From the NCBI GenBank assembly GCA_963817915.1, contig CAWFQL010000012.1, forward strand, positions 448,001 through 512,000: DNA of 64,000 nt, given 5' to 3'. The translations under genes were made by a program, and so were the position numbers. Position 1 is the first letter of the stretch. Each line of letters opens with the position of its first letter. This DNA is from an uncultured candidate division Zixibacteria bacterium. GTDB taxonomy: Bacteria > Zixibacteria > MSB-5A5 > UBA10806. The notes under the pieces were generated by a model. That model was not told where the DNA came from, did not search any database, and saw only the letters and a list, made by a program, of their open reading frames with translations. Positions 31,403-43,188 of this stretch are shown piece after piece.

Positions 31403-32683
31403 ATGAATAATCTCAAATACATTATCGCCTTATTATCGGCGTTAATTCCTCTAACTCTTCAGGCTCAGGTAAATGATACACTCACCTTGAATGATGTCCT
31501 CAAACAAGTGATAAGCCACAATGATCGGCTTACCGCCGCGCGCTACATGGAAAAAGCAGCATACGCCAAAATCGGTCCCGCAGGCGCCTGGGATGATCCC
31601 ATGCTGATGCTGGGTGTGGTCAATGTTCCTACATCATTTGATTTCAAAATGGACGATATGACCATGCGAATGATTGGTATCAGCCAGAATATTCCTTATG
31701 CAGGGCAAAAGCATATGCAGACTAAAGCGGCCAGAGCGGACGCCGAAGCTTCGGGAGAAGAAAAACGAGGCATGGTAGTGGATATGGCTACCGCCGCAAA
31801 GTACGCTTATTACGATCTTTATTATCGCCAATTGATCCTGAAAGATATGAATGATCAAAAACAACTGCTTCAAGATATCCTGAATTCGGCGATGGCGAAA
31901 ATTCAAACGAACCAGGCAAATCAATCTGATGTATCAGCTGCTCAAGCCGATCTCTGGCGGCTCGAATCAGAGATCCTATCGACTCAGCAAATGATCGATG
32001 AGTCGCAAAATAATATTTACGCATTAATGGGCAAGGAGCCGGTGGTCGGATCGATTAATTTGAAAGAACCGGAATTAACTTCATTGCCAAATGATGCAAG
32101 CGATTGGATTAAGTCGGCGGGCGAGTCTTACCCTCCTTTGCGAAAGATGAAAAAGCAAAGCGATAGCTATAAATATTCGGCATCGGCCGCTCGAAGAATG
32201 CGTTGGCCGATGCTCAATCTTTCGGCCGATTATGGATTCCGTTACCCCGACCCCATGGGTATGGCGCGGATGAATATGGTTAATATTCAAGCCACCTTAT
32301 CTTTGCCGATATTCTCAGGCCGTCAGCAGGGAAAGATGGCGCTATCCATGTTCAACATGAAAGAGGGCGTCGATGCCGAATACAATCAAATGCTTCTCGA
32401 TATCAAGGCCGATCTGCAATCGTTGCATACAAAGGCGAAACGGCTTACTCAGAGTCTGAATTTATATCGGGAGCGAATAATTCCGACGGATTACGACGCG
32501 TATAAAAGCGCTATGGCAGGATATACTGCTGATAGAATTCAATTCATAAATCTACTGACATACGGGATTACGATATATCGCGATAAAATCGCTTCGAATC
32601 AGATCGCTTTTGATTTATCACGAACTATCGCCGAGGCGGAAAAATATTATGTCAATCCTGATGATTATGGGCTAACAAGGTAA
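31403..32683 (+). CDS. TolC/CusC-family outer-membrane efflux protein
   Basis: Signal peptide, AGAWDDPMLMLG, ISQNIPYAGQ, LSLPIF; first gene of the RND operon. Confidence 0.85.
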   Translation: MNNLKYIIALLSALIPLTLQAQVNDTLTLNDVLKQVISHNDRLTAARYMEKAAYAKIGPAGAWDDPMLMLGVVNVPTSFDFKMDDMTMRMIGISQNIPYAGQKHMQTKAARADAEASGEEKRGMVVDMATAAKYAYYDLYYRQLILKDMNDQKQLLQDILNSAMAKIQTNQANQSDVSAAQADLWRLESEILSTQQMIDESQNNIYALMGKEPVVGSINLKEPELTSLPNDASDWIKSAGESYPPLRKMKKQSDSYKYSASAARRMRWPMLNLSADYGFRYPDPMGMARMNMVNIQATLSLPIFSGRQQGKMALSMFNMKEGVDAEYNQMLLDIKADLQSLHTKAKRLTQSLNLYRERIIPTDYDAYKSAMAGYTADRIQFINLLTYGITIYRDKIASNQIAFDLSRTIAEAEKYYVNPDDYGLTR

Positions 32684-32706
32684 AGCAACAATTTTTAAAG
32701 GAGAAG

Positions 32707-34704
32707 ATGATGTCCAGCGAAGATAAACATTATCACCTCGATGACGAGCCGTTGCCTGAGGGCGAAGAGGCTCCTCCGCCATTGACTCATACAATGGCTA
32801 TTATCAGATGGTGTCTTCTGATAGGGCTTTCGTTATTCGCCGTATTCATGATAGCTAATTATCTCGGTTTCGCGCCCTGGGAAGCCAGAGGGGAGAATAT
32901 CACTCAATATCATTGCCCGATGCATCCTACATATATCAGCAATCAGCCGGGCGAATGCCCCATCTGCGGCATGTCGCTCGTTCCCATAAATAGCGATGGC
33001 AAGAACGCCGCAAAAACAGATACTTCACAAATAAAATCAATGCCCGCGATTCCGCCCGCTAAAAAGATTTCGGAAAAAGCCCAATATTACTGCCCCATGG
33101 ATACTGAAGTTGTTTCTGATAAGCCTGGCCGTTGCCCCAAATGCGGCATGGACCTTGTCCTGAAAGAGATATCATCAGATTCGTCGGCGATTAAATCAGA
33201 ATCCGAGAAAAGCCCATCCGATAGTGCGGCAGTAATACAGGCAAAATATACATGTCCTATGCATCCCGAAGTTATTTCGGATAAGCCCGGACGATGCCCT
33301 AAATGCGGCATGAATTTGGTAAAGATGGCCAATGAAGATAAAAAGATTCAAAAGCCGGGCGATTCAAAAGCAAAGAAAACAACCATTAAAAAGGAGTCCC
33401 CCAAAAAAGCTCAATATATATGCCCGATGGATACCGATGTAGTCTCCGATAAGCCGGGAAGATGCCCCAAATGCGGCATGGACCTGGTTCTCAAAACCGC
33501 AAAAGATGAATCTATGATTATGCCAGATGATCCCCCGCAAAATGCGTCAACAAGCAATACCGATCAGGGAATGGAAAATATGCCGGGGATGGGGGAAACC
33601 ACGACTACTTCCGCAGTCCCGGAGAGTTCATCTGTCCCCGGCCTAATGCCTGTGACAATCGAGCCTCAACGTCTGCAGTTGATTGGATTACGCACCGGAT
33701 TTGCCGAATTGAAGAATCCTGGCGGCAAAGTTCATATCGTGGGTTTCGTGACTCCCAATGAAACCAAAATGAAAAATATCCAGACCAGGGTCAGCGGATG
33801 GGTGCTGAATTTGGCGGTGGATAAGACCGGACAATATATCGAGGCCAATCAACCATTGATGACACTATATAGCCAGGATCTATATCAGGCAGAACAGGAT
33901 TTCATGGTGGCGCGCGATGCCGCTAAGACCGGTGTAGGCGATTCGGCTCTTGCCAAGATGCGTCTGCAATTAGTTGACGCTTCCAGGGAACGATTGCGCT
34001 TAATGGGTCTTTCGAATAATGAAATTTCCGAAATCGAAAAATCTGATCTGCCAAGCGCGCAGATGATTATTCGCAGCCCATTTTCTGGCTATGTGCTCGA
34101 GAAAGCGGTTTTGCCAGGGCAATTTATTTCACCCGACCAGAGCCTTTTCACTATTGCCGATTTGAATAATGTCTGGGTTATTGGGGATGTCTACGAGCAG
34201 GATCTGCCTTATATCCATACCGGACAGACAGCCTCTATGAAGCTTACATCTTATCCCGGCGAGAATTATGAAGGCACGATATCATATATCTATCCCTCGG
34301 TTTCTGAGCAGACCCGAACAATAAAAGTACGAATTGAATTCCATAATCCATCGCTGCATCTTCGCCCCGGAATGTATGCTGAGGTCGAAGTTGACCGCGG
34401 CGGAAATAAAGCCCTTGTGGTGCCTGCCGAAGCCGTAATCGATGGCGGCGAAGTACAGTATGTTTTTGTCGTTCGCAATGGCAAGCATTTCGAGCCGCGC
34501 AAAGTCACGATCGGCCGTTCATCGGATGACTGGATGGAGATATTAAGCGGCCTTTCCTCGGGCGAAGAAGTGGTTACCAGCGCGAATTTCTTAATAGATT
34601 CCGAGAGCCGTCTGAACGCGGCAATTACAGGCATGGGCGCCGCGCCAAGCATGCCCGATATGCCTGATATGCAAAAAACAACTTCTGAAAATGGAAACAG
34701 ATAA
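32707..34704 (+). CDS. cusB: CusB-like RND periplasmic adaptor with four heavy-metal-binding (CPM[H/D]..CPxCGM) repeats
   Basis: Four YxCPM..PGxCPxCGMxLV repeats, then MFP core (RVSGWV, LRPGMYA, SANFLIDSES). Confidence 0.88.
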   Translation: MMSSEDKHYHLDDEPLPEGEEAPPPLTHTMAIIRWCLLIGLSLFAVFMIANYLGFAPWEARGENITQYHCPMHPTYISNQPGECPICGMSLVPINSDGKNAAKTDTSQIKSMPAIPPAKKISEKAQYYCPMDTEVVSDKPGRCPKCGMDLVLKEISSDSSAIKSESEKSPSDSAAVIQAKYTCPMHPEVISDKPGRCPKCGMNLVKMANEDKKIQKPGDSKAKKTTIKKESPKKAQYICPMDTDVVSDKPGRCPKCGMDLVLKTAKDESMIMPDDPPQNASTSNTDQGMENMPGMGETTTTSAVPESSSVPGLMPVTIEPQRLQLIGLRTGFAELKNPGGKVHIVGFVTPNETKMKNIQTRVSGWVLNLAVDKTGQYIEANQPLMTLYSQDLYQAEQDFMVARDAAKTGVGDSALAKMRLQLVDASRERLRLMGLSNNEISEIEKSDLPSAQMIIRSPFSGYVLEKAVLPGQFISPDQSLFTIADLNNVWVIGDVYEQDLPYIHTGQTASMKLTSYPGENYEGTISYIYPSVSEQTRTIKVRIEFHNPSLHLRPGMYAEVEVDRGGNKALVVPAEAVIDGGEVQYVFVVRNGKHFEPRKVTIGRSSDDWMEILSGLSSGEEVVTSANFLIDSESRLNAAITGMGAAPSMPDMPDMQKTTSENGNR

Positions 34705-34723
34705 TTATTAAAAGAGCTGTATA

Positions 34724-37700
34724 ATGATAAACGCAATAATAGATTACTGCGCCAGGAATAAAGCCATCGTCATAATTGGAACGCTGTTCGCGATTGCGGG
34801 CGCTTATTATGCTTTGAAAAATATCACTCTCGATGCTATTCCCGACTTATCCGATACTCAGGTCATAGTTTTTTCGGAATGGATGGGTCGCAGCCCTGAT
34901 CTTGTCGAGGATCAAGTTACCTATCCCATTGTAACCTCATTGCTTTCCGCGCCCCATGTCACCGCTGTGCGCGGTTATTCGATGTTTGGTATGTCATTTG
35001 TATATGTAATTTTTGAGGACGGCACCGATATGTACTGGGCGCGGAGCCGTGTGCTCGAATATATGAGCCAATTCCAGAGCAAATTGCCCCAGGGCGTGGC
35101 GCCTATAATAGGCCCGGATGCCACATCGATCGGATGGATATTCCAATACGCGCTGATAGATACCTCCGGAAAGAATGATCTCGCCGATATGCGAACATTC
35201 CAGGATTTCACATTACGATACGCGTTATCATCGGTGCCCGGAGTATCCGAGGTAGCCAGTATTGGAGGCTATCAAAAGCAATATCAGGTCGAAGTCGATC
35301 CCGATAAGCTTCATGCCTATAATCTCTCTATAGGCGATGTTACCCGGGCAATCCGCCAGAGTAATAATGATGTAGGCGGGCGTGTCATCGAATTAACCGG
35401 GCGCGAATATTTTATACGGGGTAAAGGGTATATTCGAGACCTGGAATCGTTGCGGCAAATCTCACTGGGAGTCGATGGCGATGGAACACCGATCCTATTG
35501 GGCAGTATTGCCAAGGTCGGATTTGGTTCCGATATCCGTCGAGGAGTCGGGGAATTTGACGGAGTCGGCGAGGCTGTCGGCGGTATCGTAATCATGCGCC
35601 ACGGCGAAAATGCGTTGGAAGTTATCAACCGGGTAAAGAGCAAAATTAATGATCTAAAATCGACACTGCCGCCCGGCGTCGAGCTTAAGGTTGTTTATGA
35701 TCGAAGTAACCTGATTAATAGAGCAATAGATACTCTCAAGCATAGCCTGCTCGAAGAAGGAATAGTCGTTGCTATCGTGATTTTTTTATTTCTCCTACAT
35801 TTTCGAAGCTCATTGGTGCCGATCATAACTTTGCCGATAGCGATCGGCCTGGCATTTATTCCGATGTATATTCTGAAGATCAACTCGAACATTATGAGCC
35901 TTGGAGGTATTGCCATCGCGATCGGAGCCATGGTCGATGCCAGCATTGTCCTTGTTGAGAATGCTCATAAGCGATTGGAAAAAGCCCCTCCCACTGCGGA
36001 TAAGAAGGAAGTCATCATTGCTGCCGCAAAAGAAGTCGGCCCTCCGATATTCTTCTCGCTCCTGATTATTACCGTGGCCTTCCTGCCGATTTTCGCGTTA
36101 ACAGGGCAAGGGGGAAGATTATTCAAGCCTTTGGCCTATACCAAGACATTCTCGATGTTCTTTGCGGCAATTTTGTCGGTTACTTTAGCTCCGGCCCTGA
36201 TGACAATACTTATTCGCGGGAAGATAAAGCATGAAGCCAATCACCCAGTCTCCAAATTATTAATCAGATTATATAAACCATTTGTATATGTCGCTCTGCG
36301 CAATCCAAAGACGACAATCGCGATCGGTTTGGCCGCGATTATAGCGTCGATACCTATGCTTCCCAAGATCGGGTCAGAATTCATGCCGGCTCTTAACGAG
36401 GGTGATATTCTTTATATGCCGACAACATTCCCGAATATTTCAGTCGAGCAGGCCAAGCAGTATATGCAATATCAAGACAGAATTATGAGATCATTCCCTG
36501 AAGTGATTTCCGTTTATGGTAAAGCCGGCCGCGCAGAGACTCCAACTGATCCCGCTCCGCTGAATATGCTAGAGACAGTTGTCCAGCTAAAGCCGCGCGA
36601 GCAATGGCGAACCGTGGAAGTCAAAAGATGGTACTCGAGCTGGGCTCCCGGTTTCGTGAAATCGATACTTCATCCTGTCTGGCCGGAAAAACGGACTATC
36701 ACCTGGCAGGAGCTGATCGACGAATTCGATAAAGCCATGAAATTCCCCGGTTGGACCAACGCCTGGACAATGCCAATTAAAACCAGAATCGATATGCTTT
36801 CTACCGGTATCAGAACTCCAATCGGGGTGAAAGTCTTTGGTAACAATCTCGATGAGATTGAGAAAATCGGCATGGAATTGGAGCAATCGCTCTCGAAGAT
36901 TCCCAGCACTCGAAGCGTTTTCTCCGACCGAAATACCGGTGGTTACTTTATCGATATTATTCCCGATAGATCTGCAATCGCTCGCTATGGATTATCAATG
37001 AAGGACGTTCAGGATGTCATCGAGGCGGCTATCGGCGGCATGCCGGTAGAGGTGACAATCGAAGGAAGAAATCGTTTCTCCATTAATGTTCGTTACCCGC
37101 GGGATATGAGGCAAAATATCCAAAGACTTAAAGACGTACTTGTTCCGATTCCGGATTAATTCTGGTCAGGGCGATGGTGGCGGCATGGGAATGCTGGATA
37201 CTGATAATATCGTCAATACCGAAAATCCGCCTATGCTTGTTAGTACAGATTTGAATGGAATTTATAATCCATGGGAAAATTCGAAAAAATTGCAATCAAT
37301 GAATAATATGGGCGGCGGAGGAAGCCAATCATCATCCATGCCTCAGGGAGGCAATGTCACTGGCGGATCAGGTTTCAAATCGCAGCTTCCGATGGGCGGA
37401 CAGGGATCCGCCTCAAAGTATAAGTTTTTCCCTGAAGGCGGACGGCATGTGCCATTGGGACAGATTGCCGAAATAAAGATCGTCACCGGTCCCCCTATGA
37501 TTAAAGATGAGGCCGGAATGCTGGTTGGATATGTATTTGTCGACATGGATCAATCGCAACGCGATATCGGCAGCTATGTAAACGAGGCCAAAAAAGTTGT
37601 CGCCAACGAAATCAAAATTCCGCCAGGATATTATCTCAAATGGACAGGCCAATACGAGCTTTTAGAACAAATGTCGAAGAGAATGAAAGTAGTTGTTCCT

Positions 37701-38225
37701 ATCACACTCATTCTTGTAGTCATCCTGCTCTATCTCAATTTTCGAAATATCACAGAGACGCTTATTGTATTGGCATCGGTGCCATTTGCCCTCGTGGGAA
37801 GTGTCTGGCTCATGTATTTTCTCGGATATAATTTCTCTACAGCTACTTGGGTTGGAATTATCGCGCTTGTGGGACTTGCGACCGAGACGGGGATTGTGAT
37901 GGTATTATATCTTGACCATGCCTATGAACGGCGCAAGGCCGCCGGCAAGATGCGCGATCTCAATGATATTATTTGGGCGCACATGGAAGGCACTGTTATG
38001 CGGGTCAGGCCCAAGCTGATGACAGTTGGAACGACGATGATAGGATTGGTGCCACTGCTTTGGGCGCAAGGCAGCGGAGCCGATGTCATGAAAAGAATAG
38101 CCGCTCCCATGGTCGGCGGTCTTATCAGTTCGACATTCCTAACTCTTGAGATTATCCCAGTGATTTATACATATTGGCGCTACTGGCAAATAAAGCATGA
38201 AAAGAAATCTCGAGCATCGGAATAG
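34724..38225 (+). CDS. cusA: CusA/CzcA heavy-metal RND permease (apparent frameshift near 37155)
   Basis: LDAIPDLSDTQVI, NIMSLGGIAIAIGAMVDA, NAWTMPIKTRIDML, RVRPKLMT, RIAAPMVGG. Confidence 0.92.
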
Positions 38226-39872
38226 GGAGTTGCTATTTTAACGGACGGCAATATTGACCGCCCGGCGGCAGGATTTCCTGTTGGCTTGGCGGATTGGGCC
38301 GCGGGCGACCATTGGCCGATATGTTCGGAATAAATCTTGCATTTGCCGATCGATTCCCATTTCTCGCCTGAATTGTAATTCCAGTCGATAAATTCGCTTC
38401 CAGCGCCCGTCGTCGTGACAAGATAAGAATTGCCGACAAATCCGAATCTCTGCGCCTGTCCCTCAGGTGATGGAGTATCGCCACCCGAAGGATCGACAGG
38501 AAGCCAGCCATAATTCGGCAGATATATCTCGCACCAACGATGAAAGACTTCATCCTCCGATGCCAAATCCCCTCTGATGGTTATTGCGCCTGAATATCTC
38601 GCCGGAATTCCCGCCGCGCGACACATTGCTATATAGACAAAGCTGTATTCTGAACAACTCCCGTTGCCTCGTTCAATGACCGCGGGCGCGACATTCCAGC
38701 CGCCTGATAGCTCGTAAGTCAAATGATCGATGACCCAGCGATAAATTTTTCTGGCGATCCAATATGGATTGGATTCGTTGCCGATTGCGGCCTTGACCGA
38801 GTTTTGAATTATAGGATTCTTCAGGTCGAATTTGGTATCGTCGGATAGATACTTTTCGCTTATGTCTTTTGGAATCTGTTTTAATGAGCCTATCTTGCCG
38901 GGAGTGACAAAATATCGAGTCTCGTATAGATCGGCCGTAATTAGATAAGACGCCCTGGCGGAGCCGCCTGAAGGAATATTCTCAAAATGAAATGCCGCAA
39001 ATGGCTGTCCCCATTTGTCGGTCACATATCGCGGGCTGGAAGTCGAAAAATAGGCCGGCTCGCCAATAATTGTCTGATGCTCTGAATTGGATGGAATCGC
39101 CAGATAGATGTCGAGTGATTTCAGAGTATCCGGGACCATAGTTTCTGACTTCGTTATAGTAATTCATATTCTGTCGCTGGCATTTGGTCTTGGAATAGAG
39201 AACTCCGTCATCTGTCACAATGTTATAAAGTGAATCAGTTTGAAAATCGACGTTGAACAATTTATCATTTACAAATGCCAGACCCCAGGGAAAAGGCCCG
39301 GGGGATTCAATTATCTTTATGACATCGCCAGTCTCAGGATAAATCATATAAATTCTATTCTGCATTCTATCAGCGGCCCAGAGATAGTTACCATCAAATG
39401 CCAGCCCCGTTGTCGAGCCGGAAGGCGCGGGGAATGATTTTATAGTCGTGCCGTCATCCGCGGATATTTTATTGATGGTTGATTGGTCGGCCAACCAAAG
39501 AGTCTTGCCATCCCAGGCCATTCCTGTCGGCGAGGTCACCGGGGATGAGATGGTCTTAATATTGACACCAGACTTGATGTCTAACTGAATTATATTATTC
39601 TCTTCGGCGTCGACTACCCACATATAGGAACCATCCCACGCCAGCCCGTAAGGTCGAAATGTTGGCGCGGATATCGCGTTGATGGTATTGCCGGTAGTCG
39701 GGTCAAGCGCGTAAATAGAATCGCTTTTGAAATCCGCTATCCATAGATTGTGTCCATCGAATGCCATTCCGGATGGGCATGATGAAACTGGAAACGATTT
39801 CAAGATATCTCCCGGCGTTGTAATCAATGAACTGCCGGTTAAAAGGATACTCAATATTAAAGTATGTAGCAT
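38180..39872 (-). CDS. Secreted beta-propeller + transglutaminase-like protein (apparent frameshift near 39130)
   Basis: Repeated G[LM]A[WF]DG..LW blades; GSCSEYS, HRWCEIY, VDPS Cys-His-Asp triad. Confidence 0.8.
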
Positions 39873-40122
39873 CGCGCCTCCCGCCTGATTTTGAAGGTTT
39901 CCAATTCTATTAAATTATACTCCGCATTTTGGCCGGACTCAAGATGATTTTAGACTGCAAAAATGCAGAATAGCCGCATAGAGTAAAATCTATATTTCTG
40001 ATTTTCGAAATTGCAGCTTTATAAAATGCTTGCTTTTCCGAGGAGCATTTCTCATTTTATTGTAGAGCTTTTTGAAAATGCTCTTTCTATTCGCGATCGG
40101 TTTTATAAAGCGGAGGATTCAA

Positions 40123-40927
40123 ATGATGGACATATATCAGGAAATTGTCAGATTGCCATGCTGAGGGGAGACCATTCGCGTTCGCGATGATCGTCAAGGC
40201 GATCGGCTCCGTTCCAAGGGATGTCGGCGCCAAGATGATTGTGTATTCCGATGGTTCGATCGCCGGGACAATCGGTGGCGGCAATCTCGAGAAATTGGTT
40301 ATCGATGAAAGTGTCGAATTGCTTAAAGGCGAGAAGGTTCATTTACTAAAAACCTATAGACTCGAAGAATCAGGGCCGGACTCTACCGGTATGTATTGCG
40401 GGGGAGAGGTCGAGGTCTTTATCGAAGTGAATCCCAGACCGGATAAATTGATTATCTTCGGAGGCGGACATATTGGCCGCGATCTTGCGAAAGTCGCCGC
40501 AGGACTGAATTTCAAAATTATTATTGTCGATGAACGGCCTGACATCTTGGCCCAATATCAAAAACCCATTGAGACATTTCTTACTGACGAGAGTTTCAGC
40601 ACCAATTATCCGACGATCGACAAGAACAGCTACATCGTTATAGTCACTCACGGCCATCGCTGCGATAAGCAGGCTCTTGCCAATGTTATCAATAAGGATT
40701 GGGCTTATGTCGGCATGATAGGATCAAGAAAAAAAATAACAAAAACCTTCGCTGAATTGGAAAGCTCGGGCATAAAAAAATCGTTATTGGAAAAAGTCCA
40801 TACTCCGATCGGACTCGATATCGCCGCAGAGGGTCCCTATGAAATCGCGGTAGCAATTGCCGCCGAGCTTATCGCGATTAAAAGAAAAAAAAATCATCCT
40901 GAGCGTCAATTCTCCAAAATTATTTAA
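40123..40927 (+). CDS. xdhC: XdhC/CoxI family molybdenum-hydroxylase maturation factor (apparent frameshift near 40156)
   Basis: GGAGG + ATG at 40123; GSVPR..GAKM, GTIGGG, MYCGG, THGH, GMIGS, PIGLDI. Confidence 0.88.
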
Positions 40928-42122
40928 TCAATGACCAGGGATAAAGCGCATAGAATGCGGCGCAACGAGATAAATCGTCGATTTCTACATATTCATTAGG
41001 CGCATGTGCCATTTTTTCCTGCCCCGGGCCGTACCCGAATGTAGGTATATCGAATATTCCCATTGTCGCTACACCGTTTGTCGAGAATGTCCATTTGCCG
41101 ATATTGACTTCGGAATTGAATAGCTGCTTATGGCATTTTGAAGCAAATTTCAAAAAAGGATGCTCTTCTCTCAAAGCCCAGGTCGGATATGTCTTAGGGG
41201 TTGGATATACTGTTCCCCGCCAACTTGGAACTTCGTATTGCGGAATCTGCACCTGCGCCCCGGCAGTTTTGACCTCGGCCAATGATTTCAATTGATCGAC
41301 TGCGCTTTCAGGAGTTTCGCCCCATGTCAAACGTCTATCAATATATATCGCGGCCATATCTGCCACCGCGCACAATGATGGCGAGTTCGAACGTATTTGC
41401 GACGCCGCCAATGTCCCTTTGCCAAGAAAATCGTCTGATATCAATTGGCCGTTGTATTTTTCCAACGCGGTAATTATCGGCGCCAATTTATAGATGGCAT
41501 TGACTCCTCGTTCGGGGGCGGAGCCGTGGCAGGAGATTCCATCGACTACAATCTCAATCTCCATTCGCCCTCGTTGCCCGCGATTGATATTGCCATCGGT
41601 TGGTTCGGTTAGGATCACAACATCCGGGCGGATTTTATCTTCTTTGATTATATATTGCCAGCATAGACCATCGCAATCTTCCTCCTGAACCGACCCGACA
41701 AACAAAACCGTAAATGGTAATTCGCTCTTTGATTCCGCCAATATTTTCAAAGCGGTTATCATCGATGCCATCCCGGCCTTCTGATCCGATGTGCCCCGAC
41801 CCCAGACCTTATTGCCTTTTATTTCGCCGGAAAATGGTTCTGAATTCCAAAGTTTTCGTTCGCCGATATCGACCGTATCGATATGAGCGTCGAAAGCTAT
41901 CAGCGGCCCTTTGTTTCCCAGACGCGCGATTATATTTCCCAGCTTGTCGATTTGAACATCATCCGCGCCATTCTGCCGAAACTCATTTTCGAGAAATCGA
42001 ATTATTTTCTCTTCTTTCCCTGAAAATGATGGAATCTGGATCAGTTTCGAAAGTAACTTAGCCGAGAAATCCTTTAACTCGTCGGCTCCCTTATTAATTA
42101 TTAACGGATCCCTCATTGTCAT
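40920..42122 (-). CDS. ygeY: YgeY-family M20 metallohydrolase
   Basis: DAHIDTV, GRGTSDQKAG, QEEDCDGLCWQY, GQRGRME, HGSAPERG, KWTFSTNG, AHAPNE. Confidence 0.9.
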   Translation of the reverse strand: MTMRDPLIINKGADELKDFSAKLLSKLIQIPSFSGKEEKIIRFLENEFRQNGADDVQIDKLGNIIARLGNKGPLIAFDAHIDTVDIGERKLWNSEPFSGEIKGNKVWGRGTSDQKAGMASMITALKILAESKSELPFTVLFVGSVQEEDCDGLCWQYIIKEDKIRPDVVILTEPTDGNINRGQRGRMEIEIVVDGISCHGSAPERGVNAIYKLAPIITALEKYNGQLISDDFLGKGTLAASQIRSNSPSLCAVADMAAIYIDRRLTWGETPESAVDQLKSLAEVKTAGAQVQIPQYEVPSWRGTVYPTPKTYPTWALREEHPFLKFASKCHKQLFNSEVNIGKWTFSTNGVATMGIFDIPTFGYGPGQEKMAHAPNEYVEIDDLSRCAAFYALYPWSLIK

Positions 42123-43171
42123 TCGATTATTTCCCATGATGGTTGATATTTATCCAATTCCTCTTTTGTTCGCGGATCCATTGGATGCGGCCGATCGGGT
42201 ATCTCGACATCCTTTTCGACGCCGCACAATGGAGTCGAAAAATATCTCTGGCCGGTATCATTTATCATGGTGACAATCCGTTTCAATTCTGGATGTTTTT
42301 TCGCCAATTTGATCGCGGCCGCGATATTCGATCCCGATGAAATACCACAGAATATTCCCTCTTTCGATGCCATCATCCGCGCCATATCCAACGCCTCTTG
42401 GGTGGTTGTCGTAATTACGCCGGTCAGCATAGATACATCGAGATTGATCGGCACGAAACCGTCGCCTATACCTTCGATTCCATGCGGTCCCCATTTCCGT
42501 TTGGCAAGAAGTGGACACTCGGCAGGTTCGATAGCGTAAAGCTGTAATTTGGGTTTTTGCTTGCGTATAAATTTGCCTACCCCGGTAAGTGTACCACCAG
42601 TGCCTTGCGTGGCGATAAAAGCATCGAGCTTGCCGCCGGTCTGTTCCCAGATTTCAGGGCCGGTTGTCATAAAATGTGCCTTTATATTGTCTGGATTATC
42701 AAATTGCGCGGGCACCCAGTATCTTTTAGGGTCATTAGAGCGAATCTCTTCGAGTTTATTCAATGCCAGATCAACATCGCTTTCGCCGCCGGGCGTATAG
42801 ACCATTGTTGTGCCATAGGCGATATCGAGCATCTTGCGTTCTTCCGACATCCCTTCAGGCATCACGATAATACATGGATATCCCTTGACCGCCGCTACGA
42901 ATGAGCATCCGATTCCGGCGTTGCCGGTGGAGCATTCCAAAATCGTCATTCCGGGTTTTAGCTCGCCTCGCTTCTCAGCGAGATTGAACATATTCAGATA
43001 GATTCTATCTTTGAGACTTCCGGACGGGGAAAAATACTCAACCTTTGCCAAAACTTCGCAATCAATTCCATTCATCTTAGGAATTTTATTCAAACGTACC
43101 AACGGAGTTCTGCCTATCGCATCGAATATGCTTTTTGATATTTTTCTGTTGTTATCCCACTTAATTGCCAT
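42119..43171 (-). CDS. Cysteine synthase (CysK)-like fold-type II PLP enzyme
   Basis: IGRTPLVRL, SGSLKDR, STGNAG, GTGGT, IEGIG, GISSG, DTGQRY. Confidence 0.85.
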   Translation of the reverse strand: MAIKWDNNRKISKSIFDAIGRTPLVRLNKIPKMNGIDCEVLAKVEYFSPSGSLKDRIYLNMFNLAEKRGELKPGMTILECSTGNAGIGCSFVAAVKGYPCIIVMPEGMSEERKMLDIAYGTTMVYTPGGESDVDLALNKLEEIRSNDPKRYWVPAQFDNPDNIKAHFMTTGPEIWEQTGGKLDAFIATQGTGGTLTGVGKFIRKQKPKLQLYAIEPAECPLLAKRKWGPHGIEGIGDGFVPINLDVSMLTGVITTTTQEALDMARMMASKEGIFCGISSGSNIAAAIKLAKKHPELKRIVTMINDTGQRYFSTPLCGVEKDVEIPDRPHPMDPRTKEELDKYQPSWEIIE

Positions 43172-43188
43172 TTACTCTCCTCACAATT

